A stretch of DNA of 64,000 bases from NCBI GenBank assembly GCA_977017645.1, contig OZ360227.1:165664001-165728000 (forward strand), given 5' to 3'. The stretch is from Torpedo marmorata (taxonomy: Eukaryota). Made by a program: the position numbers and the translations under genes. Shown one piece after another: positions 52,901 to 61,900 of the stretch. A model generated the notes under the pieces. It had not been told where the DNA came from and searched no databases. It saw nothing but the letters and a program-made list of their open reading frames with translations. Numbering within the stretch: the first letter of the stretch is position 1; each line of letters opens with the position of its first letter.

Positions 52901-55900
52901 CCTTGAGGAAAAACATTTCTTCTGTCTGGGTACATTCCAGTCTACTTGACTCAAATATTGTATTCAACAGCTTCATGTAACTTACCCTTGCTGTTTGTAT
53001 CAGAACTGGTCAATTCTACCATTGCTCACTTATCTGTAATAATGGCTCAGAGTTTCTCTCTGACCTGCTTAGCAGTTACAATCGTGAATTTCACATCTTT
53101 TATATTCCATTGTTCAATTTTCTCTCTTTAACTGCCATTGTCACACAGATTTTAATTTTTTGGTCATGTTATATCTCTCTAATTGCCCTCCCTTACTCCA
53201 GGTTACTTCATCAACACCTTAACATATCCTATCAGAGATATGCCTTGGGTCCTATCCTTCTCTGTAATTTGAAATCAACATTCTCCCTCTTTCCTAGCTT
53301 TAATGAAGGTCATATGACCTAAATGTTAAACACTGTTTCTCTTTCACGGATACTGAAATGTTTCCAGCATTTTCCATCTTTATTTCTGACTTCCAACATC
53401 TACATTTTTTTGATTTTCATTCTTGCATCTCTCATTTGATACATTTTACTGTGTTACCAACTTTCACGTTCTCTCCACGGCACCGAGTAGTTTGCAATTC
53501 TTTGCTACATTGCAATTTACATTCAAATATTTCCATGGAAAGCAATTTAATCTGATTCATTTTACATACCTGACTAATGTTGTATTGGTTCATTTTAGCT
53601 AGAGTGATTTCTGGTGTGTCTGGCATTACATGTATCTGAAGCTTGTCCATTTCCCAGTCTTTCTTGTACAAGTTCTAAAAGGTTAAAGACTGGTGATTAA
53701 TAAAGCATTCTTTGAATCAGAGAAATTAATATAGCATCTTCACAATCAATACTTTTTTCTTACCATATCCATGATTTTGGCATTTGCCTTTGCCAACTCA
53801 ATGGGCATGGAGTGAGTATCAATGGTAAATTTGAATATCTCTGGGTGCTGACGATATTTTTTCTCACACAGAATATTTGAAGCATGCTTGTTCTTTTCAT
53901 TCTCCAGTGAACCAATGGGGATCCAACCCAAGCCTTTCATATAATCAGTATACTCTGACTTATAAAGGTTCTGAAATAACAAGCACAAAGATTAAATACC
54001 CAGATACATTTTCAATAACAGTTTTTAAACAAAATGAACTACAGCAGGAGCCAATTCTATTTACAATCTCCTGCACAAGAGACGTTTTGATTGTGTCATG
54101 CTTTTAATTTTGGTCTTCCTGAGCCACACAAATTTAATGCACAAGAAAGTGCAGTGGTGATTTCACTCTGATGATCAAAAGTCTCCCAAGGTTGGAGCAT
54201 AAGGTTAGGCAAGAGAATTGTTCTCCAATTTTCCTCAATTCCATGGAAAATATCTGGCTCCAGTATGATGACACAGAAGAGCGTCAATATAATCCTAAAT
54301 ACAGACTCATTGCATTAATACCAAGGTCAGTTCCACACTCCATTTTAGCCATGAAATGTACAGTGTTTAATAAAGCAGACCTACGTGCTAACTGGGATTT
54401 CCACTTTACCAGATAGCCAATGGCAATTTATCATTCTAAACTAGCTCCCATTCTCAATGGCAAGTCCTTGTGCAGATAAATGCCATCATCTGAGGGAGTT
54501 AGAACAGGGCTCATTCTCAAAAGAGTAGAGAAAAACACTGACAACCTTTTTGTTCAACTAGCTTCCAAACTTGACAATCACCTCAGATTTGCCAATAATC
54601 TCTGACATTCAAAAGCCATGATGAAAACATTCTTTTTTTTTTAAACTGAAAGAAACAAAACATTTAAATGAACGTAATAATTCATAAAACATGGAAATAA
54701 GTTTAAATAATTTGTAAGAAATAATATGGATGAACTAAAACTCATCATTGTTTCTTGCAGCTGTTCCAAATAAATGGATGTTATTTTCCTATACAAGGTA
54801 TAACCTGTGCCATGTTGGTCAGATGAAATCTACTGTTTAATTGCAAGGGAGCATATACTTGAAAAATATTTATTGATGAATTAAGCAGCGAATGGTTGGA
54901 AATTACATGAGCAACTCAACATTTGTTGACAAAATCTAGTCCAATATCTAATGATGGTCACATACCTAGAGGGCAAATCACCCTGAAATGAGGAAGAGGT
55001 ATATCTGTATTGGTGCAAACCATACCAGAAAGGTAACAATGTAAAACTAAATCTATTTAAAGGCAAACAATGAGAAGCTGGAGGATCCCAGTGGATCAGG
55101 CAGGATCCATGGGGAGAAATTGTCAGCGAACATTTGAGATCCTTTATCGATAAATATGAATACCTTTTCTAATTACCCATGACACAAGCCACCACTTACT
55201 ATTGCACTGAAGTGGCGACCTACATCATGTTCTCAAGTAATGTTGCTTGAACCTAAACTTTCTGACACAAGGACAAGATGCAACCAGAGACGAGAACTTT
55301 TCCAATAGCTGTTAAATCCACACACTGATACATTGCTTTCTGGCTTAATTAGCTGAATTACTGAGAAGCTGGACGCAACAAATAGCCATGCTTATATTTC
55401 ATTGTCCTCACGACAGAGTAATTCACACATCTGCATTTTCAAGATTGATACAAGATGTAGAATTATTGCAGTTTATAAATGCACTGTGTTTTACTTTACA
55501 AACTTACATCATTCTGTATGTTCATCATGTTTTTGGCTAATGCCAAGTTCATTGAGTCAGGAGGGATAACGTACTGATGGATGCGTTTTCTGTAGTCAAT
55601 GTCACTGACTGCTGCTTGAGACTGCTTAGCTGCTGTAATGCTGACCATGTCCACTGGTGTGTTGTACTTTGTCTTGCACTTTTCATAGTCCTTCTTGTAC
55701 TCACGATCTGACTGTAGTTTGGCAACATTCATGAAGTGGACAAGCTTGGGATCATCTTGCAAGCTGCGGAAACCAATATGCTTTCCCTTTCCTTTTTCAT
55801 AGGCTTGTTTGTACTTGTACTGCCAAAAAGAAACAGGAATGATGTTAATGGAGGAAAGTCTACACTGAATTCAATGCACTGCATTTGGCAAAGTTTTTGT

Positions 55901-58900
55901 TGTATTTGATGCATTTTAGCATTAACAGTGTTCTGGATTCAGACACAAATGATGACACAAAGACATAGAAGTGCAAGTTGTGAGGATGCTGTAAGGAGGC
56001 TATAAAGGGAAAAGATTAAGTTTAGAGATTGGGCAAAGATCTGGAAATAGTGTATAAGATGGAAAAATGTGAAGCTGTCCATTTTAACAAGAAAAAAATA
56101 GTAAGGAAGCACATCATCAAAACAGTTATATATTGAAATGATCAGATACAGAGGGATTTAGTCTAGTATATGAAACACAACAGGTTAATATGTAGATACA
56201 GTAAATAATCAGGAAGACTAACATAATATTATTTATTGCTGTGGAATTTGAATAAGTAAGGAGGTTATGCTAGAATTTTATGAGGTATTGGTGAAAACAC
56301 ATCTGGAGCACAACATATTGTACTGGGTATCTTTTGTAAAAAGCACTGGAAATATTTCTGGGAAATTTTACTAAACTGACATGGAATGGGCAGGTTATCT
56401 TACAAGAAAAGATTGGACAGATTAAGCTTATATCTGTTAAAACTTAATACAATGAGAAAGAACGATTGAAACATTCAAGTTCCTGGGGATCTTGATAGGG
56501 AGAGTATAGAGAGGGTCTTTCCTCTTTTGGTAGAACGAGGGATCGCTGTATAAAAATAAGAGAGTGCCCATTTAGGACAAAGACGAGCCAAAATAAAAAT
56601 TATCTTGGAGTCAAGAGTCTCTGGAACTCTCTTCCTCAAAGGGGAGTAGCAGCAAACTTTGAATATTTTTAATCAGAGGTAGGTATATACTTGATAAGCA
56701 AGAGAATGAAAGGTTACATTGACTAGAAAGGAATGTGGAGATGAGGTTATATTCAGATAATCTATGATCTTACTAAATTGCAGGGAAGGTTTAAGGATCT
56801 GAGTTGCCCATTTTTTCTCCTGATATGTAAGTTCCTACTTTAGTCTGGCATGAGACTGAAGTTGTTCAATTGCGAGTTTAATCAGAGGGTAAATTAAGAA
56901 TTTTGACTTCAAATATTTTAAAAGTACAATTTACACCAGCAAGCGACATACATCGATCATGCTATGCACAATGCACAAAATAATATATCGAAATAAAGCA
57001 TTTTCATGGGCTCGGTGACTAAACTGAAACCCATGCCTGCCCCAGTGCAAATGAGTGATAAATCATATCTGGTTGGATTATTAAGAAATATTTACATCAC
57101 TGGCTATGTCCCTTGAAGCTTTTGCAGCCTTTATTGAAATGGCATCAAGCATAAGGTGATATCCTTTCTTCTTCGATTTCTCCCAGCCAGATCTGTATAA
57201 TTTCTAAAACACAAAACAAGAGTTAGAATTTTAACACCATGTAATTCATTAACTGGCCACTGAAATTGTATGAGCTTGTTTTCCTACAGTGTTTTATGAC
57301 TGAGAATTTAATTTAGAGATACAGCACTGTCACAGACGCTTCCAGCCCACAAGCCTGTGCAGCTGAAATACACCCATATGACCAATTAACCCACTAATCC
57401 TGTATGTTTTTGGTGGGAGGAAACCAGAGCACCCGGAGGAAACCCACGCGGACACGCGGAGGAAGTCCAAACTCCTTATAGACAGCGGCGGATTTGAACA
57501 CGGGTCAACAGCGCTCTAATGGTCCTGCGCTAACTGCTACTTGAACCGTGCTTCCTCCATTTATTAAAAATGTAAAGTGAAATATGGGAAAAATGTATCT
57601 AATCTTTTTCACAAATGATTCAGTGCAACGTCGCACAATATTAATGCTGTGGCCGTCTCAAGTATCCATCTCAATGAGCAGAGAGCTACCACGCTCACAC
57701 CTTCCCTAGCTGCTAAGTCCGGACTTACATGGACAACTTTTACAATAATAACTTTATTCATGAAGTCAGGACGTGATTGATGGAGACCTGCCCAGCACTG
57801 AGTCTTCTGGTCATAAATAATAAGCCCTAACTCTAATAATGCCTTGTCAGCTGGTTATGCCAAGTCACCAGAATTACTGTTTAACAAAACGTTAAAGATT
57901 TTGGAATATTTGAGATGGTCGCTAATGCTGACTAACCTTGAAAAATTTTCAAACACTAATTAAAAGAATTACCGATAATTACGAATGTTTAAAAACTGCT
58001 GAAATTTAGAAACAAGGAACTAAAAGAAACAACTTCAAACAATTAAATACAATTAAGTTTACATCTAAGTTACCTCAACTAATTTTTAAAAATGTGAAAT
58101 TATTCCTTAAAGCAGTTCCTTGTCATTGAAATGAGTGGAGTAGTTTAGCCAGTGTTAGCAATTGAGCACTCAGATTTCCCAACATTAATCTGGAAAACTT
58201 CAGGAAGTCAATGCTTCCTCGCTGGACTCCACAGCAAGTCCAGCTTCTGATCAGAGCTCGTGTGATTGTAATGGAAATATTTCTGAGAGATTAGGATTTC
58301 AACATATGAATGAGTAGCCCTTAGAAATGGCCGCTATCAACATGGACCTCACTGCCAAAAAAACATGAACTGGACCAATGGACTATCACTCATTCCAAGA
58401 TTACAACAACTTGGTCTTGATTTTCACTACTAGAGATGATAATTTCTCTACTTCTAACCCATTTCGAGCCAGAAGGGAATATGAAACTCATTTACATGGA
58501 TTTCAGTAAGCCCTTTCACCAGATCCCACATGGAATTTTGGTCCAATAGTTTATGTTCAAGGTAAGTTGTCAAATTGAATTCAAATTTGATGTGATAATA
58601 GGAGTGGGAGGGTGATGGTTGAGAGTTATTTTTATGATTAGAAGCCTGCAACGAGTGGTATACTAAAGGTATTGGTGTTGGGACTTGTATGTCAATGATT
58701 TAGATGTGAATGTAGAAGGTACAGTCAATATGTTTTTGGATGACATGTAAATAGGTGGTGTTGTGATGATGAGGAAAATGGTTTTAGGCTGCAGAATGAT
58801 ATTGATCAGTTGGTAAATTAAGCAGAACAATGGGAGATGGAATTTAATCCTGGTATGAGTTATCACATTTTTGGGGAGAGGGATCACATAAGGGTAGGAT

Positions 58901-61900
58901 ATATGCTATGAATAGTAGGGCCTAGGGAAGTAAAACACAACGCTGGAGAAACTCAGCAGGTCAAACAGTGTACTTTATATAGCAAAGATAAAGATACAAA
59001 ACCAACGTTTCGGCCTTGAGCCCTTCATCAAGGCTCAAGCCTGAAACGTTGGTTATGTATCTTTAGCTTTGCTATATAAAGTACACTGTTTGACCTGCTG
59101 AGTTTCTCCAGCATTGTGTTTTTACTTCAACCACGGTGTCTGCAGACTTTCATGTTTTACTCCAGGCCCAGGGAAGTGTTGAGAAACAAAGTCCATAGAT
59201 TCCTAAAGGTGGCAGTCCAGGTGGATAGAGTGGTGAAGAAGGCATATGGGATGCTTTCCTTCATTTGCCTGGGCATAGACTAGAAGAGCAAAGAAGTCTT
59301 GGCCTTACTATACAAAACCATGGTTAGGCACAGCAGGAAGATTGTGCAGTGCTGGTCTCCATTCTGTAGGAAGGATGCGATTGGACTGGAGATGATACAG
59401 AGGATATACATCATGTTGACCGAGATGGAACATTTCAGTTACAAAGAGAGATTGAATCGGTTAGGTTTATTTTCCATAGCAGAGGAGGCTGAGGTGAGAC
59501 CTAATTGAGACACAGGAAATTGAGAGACATAGATGGTAACAAACTTTCCTCTATTGCAGAGATGTCTTGGACCAGAAAGGAGAAGTTTCAGGTGAGCAGT
59601 AAAAGGTTCACAAAGACCTGAGGACGTTTTTTTTTAAAACATCAGGGGTAGTTGGGATCTGGAATGCACTACCTAGCATGGTGGTGGAGGCAGAGACTGG
59701 CTTAAATTTTTAAACATATTTGGATAAGCATTTGAATAGCCAAGGAAAGTAGGATTATGGAACGTGGAAGTAAATGGGATTTTTACAGGTAAGTACTTGA
59801 TGGCTGGCATAGAAATGGAGGGTCAAACAGGCCTGTTTCTATTCTATTATATCCTTGTCTCTGTTTACTTAGCCTGATCTCTTAATTTACCTCCTTCAAT
59901 ACTAATGTAATCCTGGTTTCCTGCATGTCACTCTCACGCCTATTTTTATTTTCTGAAATTTAGCTAATAAAATCTCATCACAATTAGTAAAAATTTGTTC
60001 TGTTGTACACACTAAATGCATGTTTGAATTCTACTTCTGAAATTCAATGCTGCTCCAAATGACATTACTATATTGCAAATTTAGCACTACAGATCAATGT
60101 TCTACAGATCAATTTTAGATCATTGTAACCTTCACTACATCGCACTACATCTGTCATTACTTTTCTCACCCCTGGATTCCTATTATTTAAATAAATTTGT
60201 ATCTCACCAGGTTCTCAAAATTGGAAAACACCCACAATTACAGTTTCACAACAAACATTGCAGAAACTATTGATTATTTTCGACTTCAACACAAGTCATT
60301 AATAACTGACCTCACTCATGTTCATCTGGTTGCTTTTGGACAGCACAATTTCTGGCGAATCTGGCATAATATGGATCTTGGTCTTGTCTTTGTTCCATGC
60401 GTCTGTGTACAATTTCTGTTGAAAAGAATAGGACCGTAAGATTAAAAGAAAAAGCAGCAAGACCATGTCTCAGTGAGGATTAATGAAACCCAGCTCGTAG
60501 TTTTTCCACCTCTTGATGAACAAAATATTTTATGGAGTGGTAAGCAGTAAATGATCAGAATCCCAATCCAGACATGGGAAATGCAGCAGAGTGGTTAAGC
60601 TACAAGAGCATGATCCAGAGATCTGACCTGAAGATTGAGAAAATAGCAGCAATGGGGTATAAATTTACTTAAATTAAAATATTTAGTATCTGGTGTAATG
60701 ACCAGTAAACTCTTGGATGTGAGCAAAGTATTCAGTTCAAGGGCAATTCGGGATAAACAGTAAAAGGGCGGCACGTTTAGTGTAGTGGTTAGCGCAACGC
60801 TATTACAGCCCAAGTGATCGGGACTGGGGTTCGAATCCCGCGCTGCCTGTAAGAGTTTGTACGTTCTCCCTGTGTCTGCGTGGGTTTTCCCCAGGGGCTC
60901 TGGTTTCCTCCCACCATTCGAAACGTACCGGGAGTTGTAGGTCAATTGGGTGTAATTGGGCGGCATGGGCTCGTGGGCCGAAATGGCCTGTTACCGTGCT
61001 GTATGTCTACATTTAAAAAAAATTAAATTTAAAATAAATTTTAAATTTAAATAATGGCAACACAAAGATCCTACAAGTGAATTAAAAAAAAAATCACGCA
61101 ACATAATTCCACTATAAATATTATTTTCCTGGATCTCAACCATGCCATTTAGCCATGATGATAGGATCCAGACAGATCCAAGGTGGTCTTTTCAATAGCA
61201 GGGAATGTTTTCATGTTACAGTAACTGGCAAATCAATAGTATTTTCAGTGGAGGCAAACTGCTGCTCTTGGCCATAATGTTCATAAAATTGCCTGGGAAT
61301 TCATCTGCATTCATTGGTACTAAATGCACGATATGTTGGTATCAAAGGATCAGCGCATTGCCATTTAAGACAGAAGAATTAATTTTGGAGACATAGAATA
61401 AGCCTTTGTTAACACTGTACGGAACTGACTAGTGTTGAAAACCTGTATCGTCAACACCGTGTTCGAGACCAGGTGAGGCACACATGCCTACAAATCAACC
61501 AATCACAGAGTCAATTTACTCAAAAACAGGGTTTATTTTAACAGCAGAGGAAACAAAGCTTAAGATAGAAACTGCCATAGTAACACCCAACCAAAACAGA
61601 GTAATTTCTTCAGTGAGTGGAGGAAAGACGCATGCAAATTATGTAAAATCATTCTCCATTCTGGTGGAGAATAATGTTGTCATGCCAGAAAGCAGACCCC
61701 ATACCTCCAATTTTACCACACCCTCCCCATTTCTCCCCACAGCAATAAATGATCCAGGGATAAAGATAGCTCTGAGTGCATCATTAAGCCAGACACTCCA
61801 TTATTCTGTGTCCCATTCCCATGTCAGGCAGGGATGTTGTCATGTCTGAAATACTTGGAATTAGGAAGGGTACTGAATTAGATAATATTACTGTTGCTGA

